Under the pieces are notes generated by a model. It saw only the letters and a program-made list of their open reading frames with translations. It was not told the DNA's origin and did not search any database. Positions 48,438 through 58,940 of a DNA stretch of 64,000 bases are shown here, in pieces (position 1 is the stretch's first letter; each line of letters begins with the position of its first letter). The DNA lies in assembly GCA_964512835.1 (NCBI GenBank), contig CAZELA010000003.1:152098-216097 (forward strand), given 5' to 3'. The DNA comes from an uncultured Candidatus Saccharibacteria bacterium. GTDB taxonomy: Bacteria > Patescibacteriota > Minisyncoccia > Phycocordibacterales > UBA2100. The position numbers and the translations under genes were made by a program.

Positions 48438-50843
48438 ATGTCTAAAAAAATTGTTTCGGGTGCGGTTGCACTTTTCATGATGGTCGTCCCGATGAGCGCA
48501 GCCGCGCTCTCGATGCCGGATCAGTTCATGCTGCCGCAATTGCCGCAGAATCCGACCGTACAGGATCTGCAGGCGTATGTAATCCGACTCACGTCTCTCG
48601 TCACGGAGCTCATTGCCCGTAACGCGCAGACTCCGATACCGCCGGTCATGACGGATCGGATCAGCTGCCCGGTCTACATGCCGGCACTCTGCGCCTCGAA
48701 CGAGCATCTTGTGGGCGGTACCTACCTGCAGAACGGCTGTCAAGGTGCGCCGCGCTGCGTGCCGAATTCAGACACTGCCGCTACGGTCGCGCTCAGTGTT
48801 TCACCCGCCTTAGGAACCGCACCGCTCAGTGTTCTTGCAACCGTCAGTAATTTGGGAAGCTCGAACAAATATTCTATCGACTTCGGTGATGGTGCGGGCG
48901 GTGTGATCTGTAACCAGGAGTCCGGCGGCGTTTCAAACTGCGGAAGTTCATGGAGTGGCTCGTATGTGTATCAGTTTCCGGGAACGTATGTTGTCAAAGT
49001 TTCGCAAGTGCCCGGTCCGACTGACGGCAATTGTGTCGGGACGGATTGTTGGGTGCGCGCGAGCGCGCGCGTAGTAGTGACCGGCGGCTCGACGCCCACG
49101 AGCGGATCGTCGCGCGTTACGTTCGGGTCAATATCCGGTCGCACTGTCTCGTACTCATTCGCAAGTCTGCCGGCCAATACACAGCTCATATTTGTAAATC
49201 AAACCAACGGAGACCGTATCTACTCCGTTTCTGCAATCGCATCGGGAAGCGGCGAAGGTGCGATGACTCTGCCCGACAATGCGACCGCCGGGGCGTATGT
49301 TGTGCGCGCGCAGAGTTACGGAACCGGCGTGTATGTAGCACAGACGGTACCGTTCACGTTGTCGGGCACGACGGAGGGCTGCGTAGCACCGACAATCACC
49401 ATGCCTGCTGCCGGATACTCACTCGCAATCAGCATGGCCGGTCAGGGACAGCAGATCGCTGCAACAGGCAACCCGCAGCTTTCGGTAACGTCGCTCCCGT
49501 GGGCAACGCTCGCAGGCTCAGTGCTTACATTCAACTCACTTCCGGTTGCCGGGACCTATCCCATCGTGATCACGGCAACGAATCCCTGTGGAACTGCCAC
49601 GCGCACGTTTAATGTAATCGTGCCGCAGGCGGTGAGCGTATGTCCCGTCTATACGATCCCGCTCTGCCCCGAAGGACAGTCGATGGTGCACGAACTCACC
49701 ACGCGAGATGCAAACAACTGCGAAGTTCCTCACTGGCACTGCACAATAAGCCCGATCGCAAAGGGTACATGTACCTACTCACAAGGCAGCTCGAGGTTCG
49801 GAGATAAGGCCACGGTTGCAAAAGCGCCGGTTTCGATCCAAATCGAAGGCGGTCAGGCTGCATGCAGCGCGTGGTGCTTGTCGCAGGGTGTAATGGCGTA
49901 TTCGTATTACACCTGTGCCTACAATGGGTCCACGGTCTCGATGTCGGACAGCGCATCAAATGTTTCGAACATCGCATACGAAGGTGAACAGCAGAATACG
50001 GGCACCGTTGCGGGCGTATCGGTCTCGCTTGATCAGGAGACGTTCACTGCCGATCAGCGAGCTCAGGTGGCAGGTGCGCTTGAATCGCTCGAAGGAATCG
50101 TGAAATGGATACTCGCATACTTCCGACCGGCAGCTTCGGGTGATGTGGCGGTCACGTCTACGACCACCGCTCCGGTACCAGATGTTCCGAAAGAGAATCG
50201 GCCGATGACGGCGCCGTCCCTCCCGGTGCAGCAGGCTCCGACACCCACGACAACGTCGTCGGGCGCGGGCGCACAAGTGGTCGGCTCGTCGAGCACCAAC
50301 ACGAACGTGCCGGCAAAGGGGACACTGCGCGCCTCGTTCAAAGGAGTCGCATTACCCGATGTGCCGAACGTAACAAAACGTATTGCCGAGGCGCTGTGTC
50401 GCGCGGAGGCCGTGTGCACATGGAACTACGAGCCGATCACCGCGATCCCGACGTTTGGTCAGCCCGGGGACCCTACGATCACGCTTTCTAAACCGGTTGC
50501 CGGTTCGAACGAAAAAGTGGAGTTGGGCGGCACCTATACATTCGTGCTCAAAGACACATCGAACACCTCCGGCGCTGTACCGGCCGGCATGTATCGTGTG
50601 TATCTTGCAAAGGTAACGACGCGCAACGGACCGGATTTGATTTATCAGGGCGAGATCACGAGTGCAAAGCGAAACGCTGCGGGTGACATCGAACTGACGT
50701 GGTCCACACATACTCAGCGACAGACCGCATACTCGCTTGTATCGGATCTGATTCCTGCCGGTTTGTATTACGTGGGTGCGGTCAATATTACGAACGGCCT
50801 CAAGGGTTCGTCGTCGGGTTCACTCACACTGCTTGTTCAATAA
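48438..50843 (+). CDS. large secreted protein with PKD/Ig-like repeats and Cys-rich segments
   Basis: Signal peptide, PKD-like LSVSPALGTAPLSV, repeated CPVY-x-LC Cys-rich modules, and Ser/Thr/Gly-rich beta-type composition. Confidence 0.55.
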   Translation: MSKKIVSGAVALFMMVVPMSAAALSMPDQFMLPQLPQNPTVQDLQAYVIRLTSLVTELIARNAQTPIPPVMTDRISCPVYMPALCASNEHLVGGTYLQNGCQGAPRCVPNSDTAATVALSVSPALGTAPLSVLATVSNLGSSNKYSIDFGDGAGGVICNQESGGVSNCGSSWSGSYVYQFPGTYVVKVSQVPGPTDGNCVGTDCWVRASARVVVTGGSTPTSGSSRVTFGSISGRTVSYSFASLPANTQLIFVNQTNGDRIYSVSAIASGSGEGAMTLPDNATAGAYVVRAQSYGTGVYVAQTVPFTLSGTTEGCVAPTITMPAAGYSLAISMAGQGQQIAATGNPQLSVTSLPWATLAGSVLTFNSLPVAGTYPIVITATNPCGTATRTFNVIVPQAVSVCPVYTIPLCPEGQSMVHELTTRDANNCEVPHWHCTISPIAKGTCTYSQGSSRFGDKATVAKAPVSIQIEGGQAACSAWCLSQGVMAYSYYTCAYNGSTVSMSDSASNVSNIAYEGEQQNTGTVAGVSVSLDQETFTADQRAQVAGALESLEGIVKWILAYFRPAASGDVAVTSTTTAPVPDVPKENRPMTAPSLPVQQAPTPTTTSSGAGAQVVGSSSTNTNVPAKGTLRASFKGVALPDVPNVTKRIAEALCRAEAVCTWNYEPITAIPTFGQPGDPTITLSKPVAGSNEKVELGGTYTFVLKDTSNTSGAVPAGMYRVYLAKVTTRNGPDLIYQGEITSAKRNAAGDIELTWSTHTQRQTAYSLVSDLIPAGLYYVGAVNITNGLKGSSSGSLTLLVQ

Positions 50844-50945
50844 CAGGAGCGAACACGCATCAAAGGCCGCCTCATGGGCGGCTTTTGCATTGAGATGTCA
50901 ACAGCCACCGCTTAGATATTCATATGAAGGCTTTACAATAGAGAG

Positions 50946-51437
50946 GTGAATCACTCTATCGGCCGTCAGGTGGTCGTACTCATTGTTCTTGTCCTCCTTT
51001 TGATCGCTGTAGGAATTTTTTCATCCCTCACCAACGGTATTCATCCGCGCGGATTTTCTGATGCAGATACTGCGCAACAAGTACCGCCCCCACCGCCCCG
51101 AACCGAACATATGGAAAAGGTATTGAGCGAGAGCAGGGGATTTTCGCAGTTCGTTTCGTATACCGATAACGGCTTTGAACCTGCCGACGTTACGGTGAGC
51201 AAGGGCGAGACCGTGCGGTTCACCAACAACTCTGCGCACGATCTATGGATCATGGCGAGCGGAGGCGACGGCGGCGTGTACCCGGCAACAGGAAACAACT
51301 GCGGTCAGAGCGATTTTGATACATGCATCGCGCTCCCGCCGAACGAGATCTGGGAGTTCACGTTTACTGCGGCGGGTACGTGGGTGTATCGCAACAATGT
51401 CGAAAAAGAACACGTCGGTGTCATCCGCGTGAAATAA
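50946..51437 (+). CDS. putative cupredoxin-like domain protein (membrane-anchored)
   Basis: N-terminal TM helix, PPPPP linker, then TVRFTNNSAHDLWI...WEFTF...GTWVY...HVGVIRV resembling a cupredoxin fold; GTG start, so start uncertain. Confidence 0.4.
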   Translation: MNHSIGRQVVVLIVLVLLLIAVGIFSSLTNGIHPRGFSDADTAQQVPPPPPRTEHMEKVLSESRGFSQFVSYTDNGFEPADVTVSKGETVRFTNNSAHDLWIMASGGDGGVYPATGNNCGQSDFDTCIALPPNEIWEFTFTAAGTWVYRNNVEKEHVGVIRVK

Positions 51438-51439
51438 CT

Positions 51440-54073
51440 ATGCATCATCACTCAAAACGGGAGCGATACACGGCATGGATCGCGCGGGCCATCATTGCCA
51501 CGTCGATCTTTGTAACGATGCTCTACGTGTTCGACGGCAAGCTCGATCTGTTCACGAGCGCGCCAAATCCGGAATTTGCCGATGCCACACCGTCGGGCAT
51601 GTTGGTTGTACCCGCCTCCGGCGCGAGTCAGAGCTCATATACGGGCAGCTACACGGCTACGTACACGGGCACCTACACGGGCTCGTATGTGCCGCCCACA
51701 CCGACAGGCCTTACGCTCACCTGCGATGCCGCTGGTACCACGGGCACGATCGCGTGGACGAGCGCACCGGGAGCAACCAGCTACTTGGTGCGCGCCGACG
51801 ACGGAGCTTCGCCGTGGACGCCGTCGCGCTGCGACGGTACCGTGAACGACACGGGTGCGGGCGACTACTGCTGGCCGGCTGCCGCAACAAATCCAAAAAC
51901 ATTTACCACACAGGCCGGGCACAGCTACACGGTGTGGGTGCACTCGAACAATGCTGCCGGATACAACACGACTCCGGCACAGGGAACACTCACCTGCTCG
52001 GCAATGCCGTCGTGCACCGTGAACATCTCGCCGAATCCGCTTGCACGCGGCGGCAGCGCAACAGTCACGTGGTCTTCGCAGAACGCATCGAGCATGACGC
52101 TTGCAACCATCGGGCCGGTGGCGACGGCCGGCTCTTCGAGCGTGTCTCCGACGGTTACTACCAGTTACGGCGGCACGGTGTCCAACACCACTCAAAACAT
52201 TTCATACGGGGCTAATGTTCGTGTCGTGCTTGGCTCAGGATCATCATGGTCAGTTCCTGCGGACTGGAACAACTCGAACAACGTGATCGAGTGCATCGGC
52301 GGCGGTGCAGGCGGCAGCCGTGGTGCAGCAGGCGGAGGCGGCGCGTACTCGCGAGCCACCAATGCTGTGCTTCCGATGGGCCGCACTGTTGCGTACAACA
52401 TCGGCACAGCGGGTGTCGGATGGGGTTACGGAGGTCCGACGAACGGCGGCGCAACGTACTTTGGTGCATATTACTGCTACGCGCAGGGTGGTTACGTGGG
52501 CGGCGATCTCTCGTTGACGGGTGGCACAGGCGGACAGTCGTCCGGATATGGCAATGTGAATTATGTCGGCGGAAACGGCGGCGGCGCATCAAACGTCTGG
52601 GACGGTATCCGCACATTCAACGGCGGTGGCGGCGGTGGTGCAGGAGGACCGAACGGTAACGGCTACAGCGGTGCATCCGGTGTCGCGGCGAGCGTCGGCG
52701 GTAATGGCGGATACGGTGGTGCCGGTTACGGTGGCGGTGGCGGTGGCGGCGGAGGATTTACCTACTACTGGGCTTACACATACGGTGGCACCGGCGGAAC
52801 CGCGTATAACGGTGCTGAATGGTCGTCTGCCGGATCCGGCGGCGGAGGCGGCGGAGGTGGTGGCGGTTACTACGGCGGCGCAGGCGGTCACGGCGGCTAC
52901 TACGGCGGTGGTGGAGGCGGTGGCGCGCAGGGCTATGCAGTCGACGGCTACGGAGGCTACGGCCGACAGGGTGTTGTGGTAATCACGTACCAGCCGATCA
53001 TCTACACTCCGCAAAACAATACGGCTACATGCCCCGCAACACTTACGGTACAAACTCCGACTGCCGCACTCACACTTGCGGGCGGTGTCTCATCACAAAC
53101 GGTGAACGTGGGTCAGCAGTCGACCTGGACGTGGTCGTCAACATTCGGCAATACCTACACAACAATCGTGACGCTTGATCAGGCCGATGCGTGCGGTAAC
53201 GGCGTTGGACCCATCACATGGCCGTACGGTACGAGCGCGAGCGGCAACTACACTGCGACGTGGCAGGCCTGCACCGCAGGACGCACGTACAACTATAGTT
53301 ATCGCGTCACGAATTCTGCGGGCTACATTGCAACCGCACCGACCGCGTCGGTCACCGTTCGACCGCTCCCGTCGTGCACGCTCACACCGACCCCGGCAAC
53401 CATCGTTCGCGGTGGTAGTGCTGCACTCGCCTGGACCTCGGCAAACAGCACATCAGGCTCGATTGCGCCGGGAGGCACGAACATGTCGCCGCTTGCAAGC
53501 GGACAGGTATCTGTTGCCCCGACCGTTACGACCACGTACACAGGATCGGTGACGGGTGCAGGTGGTGCAGGCAGCTGCCAGACCACGGTGAACGTAACGT
53601 GTGCACCGATCTATCAGTGCTCCGGCCAGCAGATCACGTATACCGACAGTAACTGCAATACAACGAACCTCAATGGCGGCGTTGCCTGCGCAGCACCGTC
53701 GTACTGCCAGGCAGGTCAGGCGGTCTGTATAAACCCGCCGCCGTCATTCACTGCCGGCACCACTGCAGGCGGCACGCCGACCACCGGTGACTTGGAAGCG
53801 AATCCGCAGCTCGTGCGAAAGGGAACATCGGCAAAGCTGTACTGGAACGTATCGAATGTGGCGAGCTGCACCGTAACGGGTAACAACGGCGAAACGCTGG
53901 CTTCGGGCTGCACCGGCTCGGTCTGCACCTCGGGTAGCGCAGGTCGCACGACTGCGGCGATCAACTCGAGCGTGATTTACTCGCTCCGCTGCAATGCGCT
54001 CTCGGGCGTGACGCCGTCGTCGTTCAATCACACGGTAACGGTGCTGCCGTCGCCGGAATACGAAGAGAAATAA
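51440..54073 (+). CDS. giant secreted glycine-rich protein (877 aa)
   Basis: Signal anchor, Ig/fibronectin-like Thr/Ser-rich domains, and a ~300-aa central region of GGxGG/GYGG repeats ending GYGRQGVVVITYQP; alternative-frame ORFs across it are high-GC artefacts. Confidence 0.55.
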   Translation: MHHHSKRERYTAWIARAIIATSIFVTMLYVFDGKLDLFTSAPNPEFADATPSGMLVVPASGASQSSYTGSYTATYTGTYTGSYVPPTPTGLTLTCDAAGTTGTIAWTSAPGATSYLVRADDGASPWTPSRCDGTVNDTGAGDYCWPAAATNPKTFTTQAGHSYTVWVHSNNAAGYNTTPAQGTLTCSAMPSCTVNISPNPLARGGSATVTWSSQNASSMTLATIGPVATAGSSSVSPTVTTSYGGTVSNTTQNISYGANVRVVLGSGSSWSVPADWNNSNNVIECIGGGAGGSRGAAGGGGAYSRATNAVLPMGRTVAYNIGTAGVGWGYGGPTNGGATYFGAYYCYAQGGYVGGDLSLTGGTGGQSSGYGNVNYVGGNGGGASNVWDGIRTFNGGGGGGAGGPNGNGYSGASGVAASVGGNGGYGGAGYGGGGGGGGGFTYYWAYTYGGTGGTAYNGAEWSSAGSGGGGGGGGGGYYGGAGGHGGYYGGGGGGGAQGYAVDGYGGYGRQGVVVITYQPIIYTPQNNTATCPATLTVQTPTAALTLAGGVSSQTVNVGQQSTWTWSSTFGNTYTTIVTLDQADACGNGVGPITWPYGTSASGNYTATWQACTAGRTYNYSYRVTNSAGYIATAPTASVTVRPLPSCTLTPTPATIVRGGSAALAWTSANSTSGSIAPGGTNMSPLASGQVSVAPTVTTTYTGSVTGAGGAGSCQTTVNVTCAPIYQCSGQQITYTDSNCNTTNLNGGVACAAPSYCQAGQAVCINPPPSFTAGTTAGGTPTTGDLEANPQLVRKGTSAKLYWNVSNVASCTVTGNNGETLASGCTGSVCTSGSAGRTTAAINSSVIYSLRCNALSGVTPSSFNHTVTVLPSPEYEEK

Positions 54074-54321
54074 TCCCCAGACTATCCACAAAAAGCGCCT
54101 CAAACAGGCGCTTTTTGCGTATTTGACCAGACACCTCGTTCTGTTATTATCACTGCACGCACGCTCTGTGCGTATTTCTTTGCCCCACTATTTGCGTGCG
54201 GATTAGCGACCCGCGTGACGCGCAGTAGGGGAAGGTAGGGAAACACCGGAGCACTCAAAAGCGTTGGCACATGGTTCGCCTAAAAAACGAGCCGATTATT
54301 ATTTAGCTGTATAAAAATAAT

Positions 54322-55521
<1,200 letters not shown>

Positions 55522-55555
55522 TCCAAGCCAACTCGGTTTCTCTCCAGAAACCAAA

Positions 55556-55586
55556 GAAAACCCCGGCCCAAAGCCGGGGTTTTCTA
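55556..55586. terminator. bidirectional terminator shared by tuf and the reverse transcriptase gene
   Basis: AAAACCCCGGCC-CAAA-GCCGGGGTTTTCT. Confidence 0.7.
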
Positions 55587-57041
55587 GTTGTTCTTAAATG
55601 CTACTTTGCGCGATTTACCGCGAATCTTCTCTCTGAGTTTTCGGGCATTTTTTACCGTTTTTATCTGCTCTTTAACCTCTGGGGCACTCAATTTTGACGC
55701 AACCACTCGTGAGTAGGCTAGGAAATTTTTCTTAGCGACACCGTACTTTGTATGTAAGTACTTTTTCGGCGCACCACTGCGCTTTTTCCTTGCAGCATTC
55801 TTCACTGATTTCTTCACCGCCTTATTCATCCTTCTCTGAAACTTCGCAATTGCGGCGTGACGTAGATAAACCTTCTGCCCGTCGGTCTGGATGCCAAGGT
55901 ATTGAACCGTTGCCTTCTTCATTGTTTCGGGATTTAGAATAGCCAAGCGCTCTTCAGTTCCGATGCAGTCGCGTCTTTCTGTTTTTTCCTTTTTTATAAC
56001 CAAAGCCTGCTCCTTTATCGCCTCGTATACGAAGTTCACAATTTGTGCAGCGTTCTGCGGCGAACACACAATCAGGATGTCGTCCGAGTATCGCCGATAG
56101 AGTCCATTTATCTTTCTCACGGCGGTTGCTACGGCGGCATCAAAGTCGAGCATGTACATGTTGGCCAATACACAACTAATAGGCGACCCCTGAGGAATTC
56201 CTTTGCTTTCCTTGTGAATCTCCTGTAAATGCTTTGAAATCACTTCGCGTTTGTATTCGGGGGCTGTAAATATTCGTGACCGACGTTTTTTCATGGCCTC
56301 ATCGGCGAACTTACGAATTCGTCCTTTTCGGACAAATGTAAAATTTGTGACCGCTCTAAAAACCTTGTAGTGGTCTTCAGGTAGTCGTTCATACCCCATT
56401 ATCTGACTCCATTTTGATTTAAGTTTACTGTGATCAATCTCCTCGAAGAATTTTGAGACATCTATCGCCAGAACACTACACGGTGCGTGAGCATCAATGA
56501 ACGCGAAAACTTCTCCTGCGAAATCAGCGTTACTTTTTCCTCTACCCGTCACAGGGCTCTTGATGCTTCTGTAAGCAATGACAGCATCACTCAGGTTCAT
56601 TTCGGAAAGTATCTTTTCGTAGCGTTCTGAAAGTTGCGCCGCGTACCATGAAAACACAAGCGCATCCTTGTGCGACGAAAAATCAATGGGTCTCTTTTTT
56701 ACAAAAATCTCACGTTTGCGCGCACCGGACTTCCTATTTTTTGGACGTCTGTAGCGACGGTCTCGTGTATCGATACGAATAAACGGGTAGAAGGAGTGAC
56801 GGGATACCGAATCCGGTGACAACATAGATTTCGTAATGTCTTCCTTCAGTCGAGATATCCGACTATCAAAATGCAAATATGTCCGCTTCGGTGGACGGTC
56901 TTGCCCGTCCCCGTTTAGTTTTTTTGATTCATTTACAAACCAACTGCTCCACCGGTCATTTTCCATATTCAAAGTAGACCCAACACCCCCTGGGTTCCTG
57001 GTACCTCGGGTTTTATCCCGTTGGCAGGGGTGTGGGCGCAA
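55584..57041 (-). CDS. free-standing reverse transcriptase (RNA-directed DNA polymerase), unclassified family
   Basis: RT motifs: LAIDVSKFFEEIDH (motif 2), GIPQGSPISCVLANMYM (motif 4, QGxxxSP), YRRYSDDILIVC (motif 5, YxDD), QYLGIQTDG (motif 7); highly basic C-terminal tail; start codon uncertain (first Met of the ORF given). Confidence 0.85.
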   Translation of the reverse strand: MRPHPCQRDKTRGTRNPGGVGSTLNMENDRWSSWFVNESKKLNGDGQDRPPKRTYLHFDSRISRLKEDITKSMLSPDSVSRHSFYPFIRIDTRDRRYRRPKNRKSGARKREIFVKKRPIDFSSHKDALVFSWYAAQLSERYEKILSEMNLSDAVIAYRSIKSPVTGRGKSNADFAGEVFAFIDAHAPCSVLAIDVSKFFEEIDHSKLKSKWSQIMGYERLPEDHYKVFRAVTNFTFVRKGRIRKFADEAMKKRRSRIFTAPEYKREVISKHLQEIHKESKGIPQGSPISCVLANMYMLDFDAAVATAVRKINGLYRRYSDDILIVCSPQNAAQIVNFVYEAIKEQALVIKKEKTERRDCIGTEERLAILNPETMKKATVQYLGIQTDGQKVYLRHAAIAKFQRRMNKAVKKSVKNAARKKRSGAPKKYLHTKYGVAKKNFLAYSRVVASKLSAPEVKEQIKTVKNARKLREKIRGKSRKVAFKNN

Positions 57042-57738
57042 ATCCGCGAGCGACTTTTTGGGGTCGGTACCGTCAGTGACGGCCAGGACTTAATTACCAT
57101 CAAGTTATCATTAACATTATGAACATGACTGAGTACATCATCGCGATTGCGGTGAATGCATGTGGCCTGCTCCTAATGATGCTAGGTGCCAGTTCCTGTG
57201 AATTGACATCAAGTAACTTAGTTCCCCATAGCCTATGCCATGGGGGCTCGCGGTATTAGCGTATTAACGCCAGAGGTATTCTACGCCTACCTGACAACGG
57301 GTCAATCAATCGTTGATACGCGCAATCGAGCACTCAGCACATTTCGTGTCGTTATCGTCGATGTTCCCGACAATGTTGCCGCCCGACTGCTGCATGTGCT
57401 TGAGACACAAGGCAACCCGGTGCCCGTTAGTTTCGACTATGTACTTTGCAGGATACATGACGGCCATAGAGTGCATTATATAGGGAATTGGGGTCAGTCC
57501 CCACATATCTCGTCGTTGCTACGACTCGCAAGCAGGGCCCGTCTCGCTATCCCATGCGCCGTCGCGCACGGGCCCCAAGCTCCGATCGAGTTTTGTCTTG
57601 TATCGAGCAGTGTTCGCTACAAGCGGAAAACTCCTCCAGAAACGAGAAACGTGTGGTGAAAACAAAAACCCCGGCATCGCTGCTGGGGTTTGACGGACCA
57701 AATGCAAATTGGCACTGTGTGCGTGGGAGGATACCAGC
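57042..57738 (-). ncRNA. candidate structured non-coding region upstream of the RT
   Basis: ~700 bp with no convincing CDS; AT-rich promoter-like stretch at 57100-57240; contains copy A of a 200-bp structured element (57488-57690) with hairpins GGGGTCAGTCCCC and GGGCCCGT...ACGGGCCC. Confidence 0.3.
57488..57690. repeat. 200-bp repeat element, copy A
   Basis: ~90% identical to 59537-59740; ends in the CTCCTCCAGAAACGAGAAACGTGTGG + GAAAACAAAAACCCCGG...CCGGGG module. Confidence 0.8.
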
Positions 57739-58125
57739 ATGACAAGAGCTCGGTACGAAAAGCCCACGTTCTCACATGTTTTTCTCGATAGCGACACGAT
57801 CACGGTTCGAAATAAGCTCGGCGTTGCGATAACGTTTTCGATCCAAACCGATATCCCGATCGAACGACACGATCAGATGCTCCGGAGTGTCCTCGTCGAC
57901 GGGTGGGGGAAAATGCAGCTCGTACTCCATGAGCCGTACTCTGCCCACGATGTTGCGCACGAACCTGCGAACCGGCGCGACAACGTTGTCGACGGAGGCT
58001 ACGACGCCAAGCTTATCAAGCAGTGGTTTGGTATCGAGTGGCACGAGTTCCAGTTGATGTACAACCATGCTCGGTTACAGATAGTCACTGCAATCGAAGA
58101 GCGCCTCAGTGCGCTCACAAAGTAA
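57739..58125 (+). CDS. hypothetical protein
   Basis: GGGAGG RBS, 128 aa, followed by a repeat-module terminator. Confidence 0.45.
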   Translation: MTRARYEKPTFSHVFLDSDTITVRNKLGVAITFSIQTDIPIERHDQMLRSVLVDGWGKMQLVLHEPYSAHDVAHEPANRRDNVVDGGYDAKLIKQWFGIEWHEFQLMYNHARLQIVTAIEERLSALTK

Positions 58126-58250
58126 AACTCCGGTCGTTAGGCCGGAGTTTTCTGCTTAGACCGAATCAATCCCTCCCGAAACGAGAAGCGTGTGGCCTGC
58201 CTGCGCAGGCAGGTGAAAACAAAAACCCCGGGCGTGCTAGGATTTTTGCA

Positions 58251-58553
58251 ATGAGGTGTCCTACGTTCTTGCGCGTACTAGCGGGTTTTGTCCTGAGTGG
58301 ATGCATCCTATACGTCTTTGTAGGCACGACTTCGGCCTTGGAAAGGGTCGGTCAAATTTTAGGGGGTGCAATACTGGTGCCGCTAGTGTTAATGCTTGCT
58401 ATGGGTATGACGTTTAGCTTTGCTAGACTATTGGACCGCCAGAACATCGGCACAATTGCAGCCGACTTTAAGTATTCGTTAGCGATATGGATTTTAGGCT
58501 TTGCTATATATGTACCCATCACTCTGTGGTTAGTAAGTATCTATGGCGAATAG
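58251..58553 (+). CDS. small membrane protein
   Basis: Three TM helices; start overlaps the end of a repeat module. Confidence 0.4.
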   Translation: MRCPTFLRVLAGFVLSGCILYVFVGTTSALERVGQILGGAILVPLVLMLAMGMTFSFARLLDRQNIGTIAADFKYSLAIWILGFAIYVPITLWLVSIYGE

Positions 58554-58839
58554 CGACATGCGTAATGGATGGTTCTGGATCCAGCGAACAACGATGTTTG
58601 TGGTTGCCACGGGTGCAAACCTTTCAACTTTGTTCATAGGCTTCGACCAGCCATGGCTGAATTTACCAGTGGTTGCACTGCTGTCGTATGCTTCGGGGCG
58701 AATGTTTCATCGCAAAACAGGTACTGCCTGGCGTACCGACTTGGTGTGGGCCGTTGGTTTAAGTTTTGTGGGACCCATCGCTCTCATTTTGGTGATGGCG
58801 GAAACCTACGGATGGGTGGAAATGTTCGGACTAGTTTGA
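58543..58839 (+). CDS. small membrane protein
   Basis: Start overlaps the previous gene stop (translational coupling); TM helices; ends at the repeat module at 58845. Confidence 0.4.
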   Translation: MANSDMRNGWFWIQRTTMFVVATGANLSTLFIGFDQPWLNLPVVALLSYASGRMFHRKTGTAWRTDLVWAVGLSFVGPIALILVMAETYGWVEMFGLV

Positions 58840-58844
58840 GGAAT

Positions 58845-58940
58845 TCACTCCTCCAGAAACGAGAAGCGTGTGGCTTGCCTCCTGCATGCGCAGGCAGATG
58901 AAAACAAAAACCCCGGCGCGATGGCCGGGGCTTTAAAATA
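58845..58940. repeat. repeat module / bidirectional terminator
   Basis: CTCCTCCAGAAACGAGAAGCGTGTGG + palindromic CCTGCATGCGCAGG + GAAAACAAAAACCCCGGCGCGATGGCCGGGG. Confidence 0.7.

Noticed and set aside
51475-53586. Multiple long ORFs in alternative frames and on the minus strand inside the Gly-rich gene (e.g. 51475-52215, 51635-52195, 52589-53053)
   Set aside because: They are Arg/Ala/Pro-rich translations typical of out-of-frame high-GC repetitive DNA. The plus-frame 51440-54073 has a signal peptide and a coherent domain structure.
55584-57041. Group II intron hosting the reverse transcriptase
   Set aside because: The RT stop codon directly abuts the tuf terminator hairpin. No sequence is available for intron domains V/VI and no GUGYG...AY boundaries are evident.
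57240-57659. 139-aa plus-strand ORF (and the 59416-59784 ORF) running through the 200-bp repeats
   Set aside because: The parts inside the repeats have ORFs on both strands, and the two non-repeat N-terminal parts are unrelated. This is more consistent with structured non-coding DNA.
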